DNA of 64,000 nucleotides from an uncultured Planctomycetota bacterium (GTDB lineage Bacteria; Planctomycetota; Planctomycetia; Gemmatales; Gemmataceae): NCBI GenBank assembly GCA_963849325.1, contig CAWKHF010000002.1, positions 256,001 to 320,000 of the forward strand, read 5' to 3'. Shown piece by piece: positions 55,697 to 64,000 of this stretch (position 1 is its first letter; each line of letters starts with the position of its first letter). The notes under the pieces were generated by a model. It saw only the letters and a program-made list of their open reading frames with translations, ran no database searches and was not told where the DNA came from. The position numbers and the translations under genes were made by a program.

Positions 55697-57070
55697 TCAG
55701 GCGCCGATGTTGTGGCAGTCCACCTTCCGCTGGACCCGTTTGAGCAGGCCGGCCAGCACCCGCCCCGGTCCGATTTCGTAAAAGCGTTCGCAGCCCGCCG
55801 CCAACAGGTTGCGCATCGTCGGCTCCCAGCGCACCGGCTCGGTCATCTGTCGCCGCAACAGAGCGCGGATCTCTTCGGGAGGGCCGTGCGGCTGGGCCGT
55901 CACGTTCGACCATACCGGCAGGCGCGGCGTCTGCAGCGGGACGGCGGCGAAGACGTCGGCCATCGCCTCGTCGGCCGGCTTCATCAGGGGCGTGTGGAAG
56001 GCGCCGGCGACGGCCAGCCGAACCGTCCGTCCGCCCGCCTCGACCACCCGCGCTTCCACGCGGTCGCAGGCCGAGCGGTGGCCGGAGACCGCGTAGTTGC
56101 CGGGACAGAGCAAATTGGCGATCTGCAAAATGTCATTCTGCCGGGCCGCGGCGCACAACTCCTCGACACGCGGCTGCTCCAGGGTGAGGACGCTAACCAT
56201 GCCGCCGGGGACGAGGTCGGCCGCCGCCTGCATCGCTTCGCCGCGCCGCTGGACCAGGCGCAGTCCTTCGTGGAAGGTCAACGCCCCGGCGAACGTCAGG
56301 GCCGTGAACTCACCGAGACTCAGACCGGCCGCCGCCACGCACTCGTCCAGCACCGCCGGGTTACTTTGCTTGAGCGATTCCAGGGCGGCCAGGCTGGCGA
56401 CGAACAGGGCGGGCTGGCTCACCACCGTCGAGTTGAGTCGCTCGGCCGGCCCGTTGACGCAGATGTCGAGCAGGTCGTAACCGAGAAACGCGCTGGCCTC
56501 GTCGAAGAGTCGGCGGGCCGCCGGCAGCGACGCACACAGATCGCGGGCCATGCCCACGGTCTGAGCGCCCTGACCAGGGAACAGGAAGGCGACGCGCCTC
56601 CTTGATGTTCCCTCCTCATTCGCCGAGAGCGATTGAGGCGTGCCGCTTGCTTGCGCGAGGAGAGTGGTCCCCTCGACCGGCCCTTCTTTCTCCGCTTGGC
56701 ATCTCACTTCCAAGCGCTGTTCGCCCGGAGTGTTCGTGAAGGCCACACGGAAGACGGTTGGAGGGTTGGTTCCGATCGAGAATTCGCCTTCGCCACGGTA
56801 AGGCGATACCGAGTCCGGAACTCGTTCATGGCAAAGAGTGGCCAACCGGGCCAGAATCGCTCGAAAGACAGACTTCGCAATCGGCACCGCGGTCAATTCT
56901 TGGGGGGGCGTCCCGAGCGGCTGAATGTGGCACTGATTAGCGTGCCAGACCATCTGAAATCCTTGTTCTCTGCACAACACCAGCAGATCATCGACGACCC
57001 CGACAATGCCGCGATGGGTAGGGGCAAACGCCCTTTGCAGGCGCTCCGGGAGTGGCGAATGGTTCTTCAT
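55697..57070 (-). CDS. fabD: Malonyl-CoA:ACP transacylase with about 155-aa N-terminal extension
   Basis: FLFPGQG, SQPALF, GLSLGE, GAFH, EIGPG; continuous ORF from ATG 57070. Confidence 0.88.
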   Translation of the reverse strand: MKNHSPLPERLQRAFAPTHRGIVGVVDDLLVLCREQGFQMVWHANQCHIQPLGTPPQELTAVPIAKSVFRAILARLATLCHERVPDSVSPYRGEGEFSIGTNPPTVFRVAFTNTPGEQRLEVRCQAEKEGPVEGTTLLAQASGTPQSLSANEEGTSRRRVAFLFPGQGAQTVGMARDLCASLPAARRLFDEASAFLGYDLLDICVNGPAERLNSTVVSQPALFVASLAALESLKQSNPAVLDECVAAAGLSLGEFTALTFAGALTFHEGLRLVQRRGEAMQAAADLVPGGMVSVLTLEQPRVEELCAAARQNDILQIANLLCPGNYAVSGHRSACDRVEARVVEAGGRTVRLAVAGAFHTPLMKPADEAMADVFAAVPLQTPRLPVWSNVTAQPHGPPEEIRALLRRQMTEPVRWEPTMRNLLAAGCERFYEIGPGRVLAGLLKRVQRKVDCHNIGA

Positions 57071-57429
57071 TCGACAGTCCGTATCTCCTTCGCAAGCGTT
57101 CCCCAAGCCGCAAGCAGTTCTTCCACACCACCGCCAATGTCGAACGGAACCAGACCCTGACTAAGAGAAAACCAGGCATTCACCGCCTTCTGAATGATGG
57201 CGTCGGGCACGTCTACCGCCAGAATAACAGGTCCGCCCTCGTCAGGGAACTCCCTCGCCTTGCTGCGGGCATAGTTTGCTGGAGTGCCGAATAGGAAAGG
57301 GCCGGCTTCGAGGTTCATGGAAAAACCGTCTGCCCATGCTTGCCCACCTGGCTCTTGGAACTGCGGATTCGGTCCCTGTTGTAGAATCTGCTGCGCGCGT
57401 GCTCGAGTTGTGCCATGTAACAGAATCAT
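57067..57429 (-). CDS. Small ADP-ribosyltransferase-fold-like protein
   Basis: MILLHGTT...I...G...GF...A.YA...GGPVILAV pattern; ATGA overlap with the downstream gene. Confidence 0.6.
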   Translation of the reverse strand: MILLHGTTRARAQQILQQGPNPQFQEPGGQAWADGFSMNLEAGPFLFGTPANYARSKAREFPDEGGPVILAVDVPDAIIQKAVNAWFSLSQGLVPFDIGGGVEELLAAWGTLAKEIRTVE

Positions 57430-57436
57430 AATGGTC

Positions 57437-57494
57437 GCGACAGCGCCCCGAGGGGTACGAACACTCGGGCGCTGACGCAACCCCGCTCGCCGGT
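57437..57494. repeat. Degenerate REP family C inverted repeat
   Basis: Minus strand GAGCGGGGTTGCGTCAGCGCCCGAG ... CTCGGGGCGCTGTCGC. Confidence 0.6.
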
Positions 57495-58505
57495 TCACTC
57501 GTCGGGGCTGCTCGGCGGGTTGGCTTCCAGCTCCTTGACGATCAACTCGTTGAGGCGAGCGCGGGCATAGCTGGCGGCGATGCCCAGCGCGTTCTTGATG
57601 GCTCGGTCGCCGGAACTGCCGTGACAAATGATGCACACGCCGTCGATGCCCAGCAGTGGCGCGCCGCCGAAGGCGCTGTAATCGTAGCGATGGACCAGGC
57701 TTTCGAGGGCCTTTTTCGCTTTCTCCTTCTCCACGTCCAGGGCGCCGAGCACCTCCTGATACGCCATTTGCAGCGCGAACTCGAAAACCCCCTCACTGGT
57801 CTTGAGTACGACGTTGCCGACAAAGCCGTCGCAAACGACGACATCGGCGGCCCCCTTCTGGATGTCGCGGCCCTCGACGTTGCCGACGAACTGACTGCGC
57901 AGCGGGCTGGCGTTGAAGAGGGCGTGCGTCTCCTTGGCCAGGTCGTGACCCTTCTGCTCCTCCGAACCGACGTTCATCAAGCCGATGGTCGGCTGCGGCC
58001 GCTGCAAAATGTGGCGAGCGAAGATACTGCCCATGACGCCGTACTGGAACAGGTGTTCCGGCTTGGGATTGATGTTGGCGCCGACATCGAGCAGGACGCA
58101 CGGGCCTTTGACGGTGGGCATGACGGCGGCGATGCCCGGCCGGCGGACGTTGCGGAGGAAGCGCTTGAGGAACAGGCCGCCGGCGACCATGGCGCCGGTG
58201 TTGCCGGCGCTGACGATACCCTCGACCTTCTGCTGGGCCAACAGCTGCCAGCAGCGGCTGATGGAGTTGTCCGGTTTCTTGCGCAGGGCGACGACGGGGC
58301 TTTCGTCCATGCCGACAGCCTGGGTGCAGTGGAAGAGCGGCAAACGGTCGCGGTTGGCGGCGCCGGACAGGAGCGATTCGACCTGTGCCTGGTCGCCGAC
58401 CAGCAGGACGTGCAGCTCAGGGTCGGCGGCCACGGCCTGCACGGCGCCGGCCACGATGGGTCCCGGAGCGTGGTCGCCACCCATCGCGTCCAGGGCAATG
58501 AGCAT
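57495..58505 (-). CDS. plsX: Phosphate acyltransferase
   Basis: IALDAMGGDHAP, SAGNTGA, DGFVGN, HGSS. Confidence 0.96.
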   Translation of the reverse strand: MLIALDAMGGDHAPGPIVAGAVQAVAADPELHVLLVGDQAQVESLLSGAANRDRLPLFHCTQAVGMDESPVVALRKKPDNSISRCWQLLAQQKVEGIVSAGNTGAMVAGGLFLKRFLRNVRRPGIAAVMPTVKGPCVLLDVGANINPKPEHLFQYGVMGSIFARHILQRPQPTIGLMNVGSEEQKGHDLAKETHALFNASPLRSQFVGNVEGRDIQKGAADVVVCDGFVGNVVLKTSEGVFEFALQMAYQEVLGALDVEKEKAKKALESLVHRYDYSAFGGAPLLGIDGVCIICHGSSGDRAIKNALGIAASYARARLNELIVKELEANPPSSPDE

Positions 58506-58508
58506 GGT

Positions 58509-58694
58509 TTACTTCTCCTCTTCGGCCGGCACGATCTCGCGGCCCTGGTAGTAGCCGCAGTTGGCGCAGACGTGGTGCGGCAGGATTGGCTGCTCGCAAC
58601 GGCCGCAATACTGGACCTGCATCGGCTTGAGGTGCAGGTGACTGCGCCGCTTGCCCTGGCGGGCGTGGGAGGTTCGTCGCTTGGGTACGGCCAT
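58509..58694 (-). CDS. rpmF: 50S ribosomal protein L32
   Basis: MAVPKRRTS...CxxC...HHVCxxCGYY. Confidence 0.96.
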   Translation of the reverse strand: MAVPKRRTSHARQGKRRSHLHLKPMQVQYCGRCEQPILPHHVCANCGYYQGREIVPAEEEK

Positions 58695-58777
58695 GACTTC
58701 GCCTTCTGGTTTGTTTCGATCCTTGTTTTCCTGGATGCGGCCCCACACGCCCGCGAGATACAGGGGTAAAGCGCGCT

Positions 58778-58806
58778 ATCGTAGGACAACCCCTGCCGAG
58801 TGTCAA
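58778..58806 (-). promoter_or_regulatory. Sigma70 promoter of the rpmF-plsX-fab operon
   Basis: TTGACA-17-TACGAT on the minus strand. Confidence 0.7.
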
Positions 58807-58940
58807 GGTTCCACAACGCGGCGAGCGCGGGCCTTCGTCCTTCGCTCGCCGATGCTTTCCGTCATCATACAAAAGGAGAGGACAGCAGACAGGTCTCCGC
58901 TCGCCGGGCGGAGCGCGGGAGCGTGTCGAGAGGGCGGCCG

Positions 58941-59435
58941 ATGGATCAACTCTGGGCGCCGTGGCGTCTCTCCTACGTGGCGACGGCCAAGGCGCCGACC
59001 GCCGCCGACCCCTGTTTCCTGTGCGCGGGGCTGGCCGACCAGGACGATCGCAGGCACCTCCTCGCCCTGCGCACGCCGCTCAGCGCCGTGGTGCTTAACC
59101 GCTTTCCCTACAACAATGGTCATCTCCTCATCGCCCCGCGCCGGCACAAGGGGCGCCTCGACGAACTGACGCCGGAGGAATTGCTGGAGACCATGGAAAC
59201 GCTGCGACGCATGGTGGCCGTGCTCGATGAGTTGATGCACCCCGACGGCTACAACGTCGGTCTGAACCTCGGCCACGCCGCCGGCGCGGGACTGCCGGGA
59301 CATCTGCACTGGCACCTCGTGCCGCGCTGGCACGGCGACACCAACTTCATGCCGGTACTGGACGACGTCAAAGTCATCGTGCAATCGCTGGACGCGCTGT
59401 ATGATTTGCTGGTGGGACGATTGCACTCGCCATGA
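58941..59435 (+). CDS. HIT family hydrolase
   Basis: LWAPWR, CFLC, PYNNGH, HLHWHLVPRW. Confidence 0.93.
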   Translation: MDQLWAPWRLSYVATAKAPTAADPCFLCAGLADQDDRRHLLALRTPLSAVVLNRFPYNNGHLLIAPRRHKGRLDELTPEELLETMETLRRMVAVLDELMHPDGYNVGLNLGHAAGAGLPGHLHWHLVPRWHGDTNFMPVLDDVKVIVQSLDALYDLLVGRLHSP

Positions 59436-59565
59436 ATACTCGCCGGCGGTTTGACGCGAAGCCGTCCGTGATGCCCGCCAAGTCCACCCGCGGAAACCAA
59501 AGGCGTTTTCTGCCCGCGTGGAACGCCGTGTGGTCCCTGAAAGCCTGCCACGTGGGAGTTCGGCC

Positions 59566-59952
59566 GTGGATCCTCTCCCGGAAGAGGTCAAGCGCTTCAT
59601 GGAGGCGAACATCGACTCCGTGGACCAGTTGGAGATCCTGCGTGTCCTGGGGGAAGATCCGCACAAGGAATGGAACGCCGCCGACCTGGCCCGCGAGGCG
59701 CAGACGCCGCCCGAGACCATCGGACCGCACCTGGCCGCGTTACAGGCGCGCAATTTGCTTGCCATTCAGGTGCGCGAGTCGGGCCTGTTCTGTCGCTACG
59801 GGCCTGGCACTCCCGAGTTGGAGGAGCGGATGCACCGTCTTCTCCAGGTCTACCGCGAGCGGCCGGTGACGATGATTAAGCTCGTCTACGCCCGCGCCCG
59901 CGATCCGCTCAAGACCTTCGCCGAAGCCTTTCGCCTCAAGAAGGGGAGTTAA
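59566..59952 (+). CDS. Winged-helix-like protein
   Basis: IDSVDQLEIL...WNAADLA...HL..L....L; C-terminal FAEAFRLK. Confidence 0.7.
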   Translation: MDPLPEEVKRFMEANIDSVDQLEILRVLGEDPHKEWNAADLAREAQTPPETIGPHLAALQARNLLAIQVRESGLFCRYGPGTPELEERMHRLLQVYRERPVTMIKLVYARARDPLKTFAEAFRLKKGS

Positions 59953-59954
59953 AG

Positions 59955-60218
59955 ATGGAAGGGGCCATCTATCTCCTCTGCGCGGCGACGGCCCTGGCCT
60001 GCTGTGTGCTGTTGCTGCGCGGCTACCGGCGCAGCCGGGTCCGGCTGCTGCTGTGGTGCGGCTTGTGTTTCCTGGCCCTGACCGTGGAGAATGTGTTCCT
60101 GTTTCTCGATCGGATCATCTGGCCGGAACCGGAAACGGATCTCTCGCCCTTTCACATCTCGGCGGCGGTGGCCGGGGTGGTGCTGCTGCTGTACGGCCTG
60201 ATCTGGGAGGTCAAGTAG
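59955..60218 (+). CDS. Small 3-TM membrane protein (DUF5985-like)
   Basis: YLLCAATALAC..LLLRGYRRS..RLLLWCGLCF...LLLYGLIWE. Confidence 0.75.
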   Translation: MEGAIYLLCAATALACCVLLLRGYRRSRVRLLLWCGLCFLALTVENVFLFLDRIIWPEPETDLSPFHISAAVAGVVLLLYGLIWEVK

Positions 60219-60242
60219 ACCCCTTCGAGCCGGCGCACCCAA

Positions 60243-60301
60243 CCGAGCCGCGACCGTCAGGGAGCGGTTGTTTACCCCGCTCCCTGACGGTCGCAGTTCC
60301 G
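60243..60301. repeat. REPIN-like inverted repeat, family E
   Basis: Arms match 53888-53944. Confidence 0.8.
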
Positions 60302-60353
60302 ACGGCATCAGCCACGCGGCGGGCATCGTCATGCGAGAGAACGAGGTGGCGAG

Positions 60354-60704
60354 ATGAGTCCGTTCCTGGTTGGAGTGGTCGGGATGGGCTTCGCCATTTC
60401 CTTCCCTCATATTCTGCCCGAGCGATTCGAGCAGGTCATGTTTGGGGCCATTGGCATGGGTTTCGCCGTGGCCGGTTTCTTTTTCCTGCGCTTCTGGCGG
60501 CAAACCCGCGATCGTCTGTTCGCCCTCTTCGCCCTGGCTTTTTTCGTCCTGGCCGTCAACCGCTTCGGCATCGCGCTGGTGGAGCGGCACGATGTCGAGG
60601 CGATGAGAGGCGACTACCTGTACTGGGTGCGCTTTCTGGCCTTCGCACTCATTCTGGCGGCCATCGTGGACAAAAATCGCTCCCAGCGCTCGCCTTCCTC
60701 GTGA
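60354..60704 (+). CDS. Small membrane protein (DUF5985-like), paralog
   Basis: AGFFFLRFWRQTRDRLF..FALAF...RFLAFALILAAIVDKNR. Confidence 0.75.
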   Translation: MSPFLVGVVGMGFAISFPHILPERFEQVMFGAIGMGFAVAGFFFLRFWRQTRDRLFALFALAFFVLAVNRFGIALVERHDVEAMRGDYLYWVRFLAFALILAAIVDKNRSQRSPSS

Positions 60705-60789
60705 CCGGGGTTGAGGCCGACGAGGGAATCCGCCCACGGTACAATGAAGCGAATGGCCTGACGATCCGGTGAATGTACGAGAGCGATCC

Positions 60790-61964
60790 ATGTCGGATGA
60801 CGCCCCCTTCGAGCCGCCCGATTGGCTCGACCGCGAAGACGAAGTGCTGGCCCCCTACGCCATGCACACGCGCCAGAGCCGCGGCCGCCGTCACCCCGAA
60901 GAGCCGCACCCCTTCCGCACGCTCTACCAGCGCGACCGCGACCGCATCGTCCACTCGACCGCCTTCCGCCGGCTGATGCACAAGACGCAGGTGCTCGTCA
61001 CCCAGACCAACGACCACCACCGCACGCGCCTGACGCACACCCTCGAAGTGGCCCAGATCAGCCGCACCATCGCCCGCCGGCTCGGCCTGAACGAGGATTT
61101 GACCGAGGCCATCGCCCTGTCGCACGACCTCGGCCATCCGCCGTTCGGCCACGCCGGCGAGACGCTCTCTCGACGAGTGCATGGCCGAGCACGGCGGCTT
61201 CGAGCACAACCTGCCACGCCCTGCGCATCGTCGACGGTGCTCGAGTATCGCTATGCCGACTTCCCCGGCCTGAACCTGTCGTGGGAGGTGCTGGAGGCGA
61301 TGGCCCTGCACAGCAAGCGGCGCGACGCCCCGGAAGTCGCCGAGTTCGCCGCCGTCGGCCAGCCGCTGCTGGAAGCGCAGGTCGCCGACGCCGCCGACAG
61401 CCTCGCCTACGACGCCCATGACATCGACGACGCCCTCAGCGTCGGCCTGATCACGCCGGACGACCTGCGCGAAGTCGAATTCTGGCGGCGCGTCCGTCGA
61501 GCAGGTGCAGCGCCGTCACGGCGAGCTGGCCGTCGAGCAATTCCAGCCGACCGTGGTCCGTCATCTGATCGACTGGCAGGTGCGCGACCTGCTGGAGCAC
61601 ACGTCGGCAGCGTCTGCGGCAAGAACGCATCGGCAGCGTCGAGGACGTGCGCGGCGCCGCCGGATCGCTGGTCGGCCCCGGCCCGGAAGTGCGGCGGCTC
61701 AAGGCGCGAACTGGAGGACGTTCCTGCGTCGCCGCGTCTACAACCATTACCGCGTGCAGCGCATGGCCGTCAAAGGCGGCCGCATCGTTGCGCCAGCTCT
61801 TCGACGAGTTCTGCCAGACGCCGCGGCTGCTGCCGGAGCGCTACGGCCGCCGCGTCGGCGGCGATCGTCCCGAGCGGACCGTCTGCGATTACGTCGCCGG
61901 CATGACCGACCGCTACGCCCAGGACGAATACCTCCGGCTGTTCCAGCCGTACACCATCGTGTAG
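60790..61964 (+). CDS. dgt: dGTP triphosphohydrolase (several frameshifts)
   Basis: QRDRDRIVHSTAFRRL..KTQV, RTRLTH, HDLGHPPFGHAGE, DYVAGMTDRYA. Confidence 0.9.
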
Positions 61965-62111
61965 AATGATTTTTTGGTCACGTACGCGATCGCCCCAAAG
62001 AGTGATGGTCCGCTCGTGGCGGATAGGCTCCGCACTCCCGCCGCTCGTTTCATCTCCCGTCTCCGCCGTGCGATCGCCAGCGGAGCGGCACAAACCGAGG
62101 GAGGTTCTTTC

Positions 62112-63367
62112 GTGTCGCCGACATTCCTTCGCCCGATTCGGGACCGGCTGGCTCGCTATTTCGCCCAACGGCCGCCGTCCAGTCACGTCCTGCTGTGGCT
62201 GCTGCGCGGCTGCTTCGGCGCCATCGTCATCGGCATGGCCATGATCGCCTTCCGCCACTTCAGCGAAGGCCCCGGCGATCCGTCCAACGGCTATCTCGCC
62301 TTCCTGTGCATCCTCGGCGCCGGCCTGCTCATCGTCGTCACCGACGTGCTGATCCGCAACAAGCAGATCACCACGATCTCGGCCATCTACTTCGGCCTGC
62401 TGCTGGGCCTGCTGCTGGGCAACATCCTGTCCACCGCCCTGGAGCCGTTCGTCTTCGACTGGGGCTCGCCGCAGCCGATGCCCGGCCCGAACGCGCGGCT
62501 CGTGGTTCATCCCGACAAGGACGGGGCCTTCCACGTCGAGGTCAGCCCGACGGACGCCGGAGGGACGGGCACGCCGGAGCAGCGCGGCCGGTATCAGCGC
62601 AAGGCCCTGTCGCTCATCATCACCGTCGTCTGCTGCTACATCTGCCATCTCCACGCTGCTGCAGACCAAGGACGAATTCCGCTTCATCATCCCCTACGTG
62701 GAATTCTCCAAGCAGGTCAAGGGCGCCAAGCCGCTGGTCCTGGACACCAGTGTCATCATCGACGGCCGAATTGCCGATATTTGTGATACGCGGTTCATCG
62801 ACACCAAGCTGATCGTGCCGCGCTTCGTGCTGCAGGAGCTGCAGAGCGTCGCCGACAGCTCGGACAAGCTGAAGCGCAACCGCGGCCGGCGCGGCCTGGA
62901 CATGCTCAAGCGGATGCAGAGCAACCCCAAGGTGGAGCTGCAGATGCACGAGGCCAACCTGCCGGAGCTGCGCGACGTGCAGAAGGTGGACGAGCGGCTG
63001 GTGGTGCTGGCCAAGGTGCTGGGCGCCCGCGTGGTGACCAACGACTACAACCTGAACAAGATCGCCCAGCTGCAGGGCGTCGAGGTCATCAACCTCAACG
63101 AGCTGGCCAACGCCCTGAAGTCGGTGGCCCTGCCCGGCGAGACTGATGAGGGTGCGCATGGTCAAGCCGGGCGACCAGATCGGCCAGGGCGTCGGCTACC
63201 TGGAAGACGGCACGATGGTGGTGGTCGAGCAGGGGCGGTCGGTGATCGGCCAGGAAGTGACGATCACCGTGACCAGCGTGCTGCAGACGCCGGCCGGCCG
63301 GATGATCTTCGGCCGCATCGAAGGGCCGTCCCACGCCGGTGCCGGGCACGCACTCCGCCCCGGATGA
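62112..63367 (+). CDS. PIN/TRAM domain membrane protein (frameshifts near 62640 and 63145)
   Basis: LDTSVIIDGRI, RGRRGLD, TNDYNLNK, GVGYLEDGTMVVVE. Confidence 0.9.
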
Positions 63368-63405
63368 CAGCGGTGACAAGCGTGACAAGGCCGAGGAGAA
63401 ACGGT

Positions 63406-64000
63406 ATGACACGGACGACATCCCTTCTCTGGATCGCTCTGTCTGCTGACCTTGCTTGTCGCCTTGTGCACCTTGTCGCCTTGTCGACCTTGTCCTCTGC
63501 CGAGCCAGCCCGCCAAGGGCAAGCGACCCGGCGCGCAAGGGCGACGTCGAGATCGTCGAGCGGCTGCTGGCCGCCCGCAAGGAATACCAGAAGACGCTGG
63601 AGACGCTGCGGGCCCACTACATCAGCACCGGCGACATCGAGCGGGCACGCTGGGCCGAGGAGGAACTGGTGCAGTACCACCGCATCGCCAAGCAGGCCTT
63701 CCGCCTCGAACTGGACGTGCCGCCGCCGACGTTGCAGGCGTAACTACAACATCCCCGAGGCCAACGAGCTGTACCGCCAGGCCATGAAGTACAAGGACAA
63801 GGGCTGGGGCACACGACTACATCGACAACCAGCACCGGGCCGAGCTGCTGTTCCAGCAGCTGCTGACCAACTATCCGCAGAGCGACAAGATCAGCGACGC
63901 CGCCTACCAACTCGGCGACATCTACGAGAGCAAGGCGTACCGGCAGTACGACCGGGCCGCGGACTACTTCGAGCGCTGCTTCCAGTGGAACCCCAAGACG
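63406..64000 (+). CDS. Exported TPR-containing protein (frameshifted, runs off window)
   Basis: Signal-like start; LFQQLLTNYPQSDKISDAAYQLGDIY TPR/BamD-like motif. Confidence 0.65.
   Translation, partial: MTRTTSLLWIALSADLACRLVHLVALSTLSSAEPARQGQATRRARATSRSSSGCWPPARNTRRRWRRCGPTTSAPATSSGHAGPRRNWCSTTASPSRPSASNWTCRRRRCRRNYNIPEANELYRQAMKYKDKGWGTRLHRQPAPGRAAVPAAADQLSAERQDQRRRLPTRRHLREQGVPAVRPGRGLLRALLPVEPQD

Noticed and set aside
59436-59565. Possible riboswitch in this intergenic region (also 37350-37598 and 10110-10216)
   Set aside because: No consensus recognisable by eye; would need an Rfam/Infernal search
60790-61964. dGTPase as an anti-phage defence gene
   Set aside because: Housekeeping-like sequence, host-like codon usage and no defence-island context
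63741-63743. In-frame stop in the terminal TPR gene as recoding
   Set aside because: It is TAA and the protein continues in another frame, consistent with an indel error

Overview
High-GC bacterial chromosomal DNA, almost certainly Planctomycetota (Gemmataceae-like). Evidence: the PVC small basic signature protein, a planctomycete 'RLxxExLExRxLLS' export motif, C-terminally extended ECF sigma factors and a BlaI/M56 pair. Housekeeping content: atpE-F-H-A-G-D-C, rpsB-tsf, glcDEF-like dehydrogenase plus aldolases, mtaB, sulfatase, ABC systems, larA, moeB, rpmF-plsX-fabD-acpP-fabF, dgt and PIN/TRAM. About 20 genes, including essential ones, carry single-base frameshifts, which I read as long-read indel errors, not pseudogenes. 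No rRNA, tRNA, CRISPR, transposase or integrase was seen. Most notable: (1) an ADP-ribosyltransferase-like gene inside the fatty-acid operon, coupled to a partner domain fused in frame to FabD; (2) an unannotated UxxC selenoprotein with an in-frame UGA and a SECIS-like hairpin; (3) an orphan AbiEii/MenT-like nucleotidyltransferase between atpG and atpD; (4) two tandem small proteins with an Sm/Hfq-like pattern; (5) many REP/REPIN-like palindromes and inverted tandem repeats at gene junctions. All family calls come from motif recognition by eye; no searches were run.
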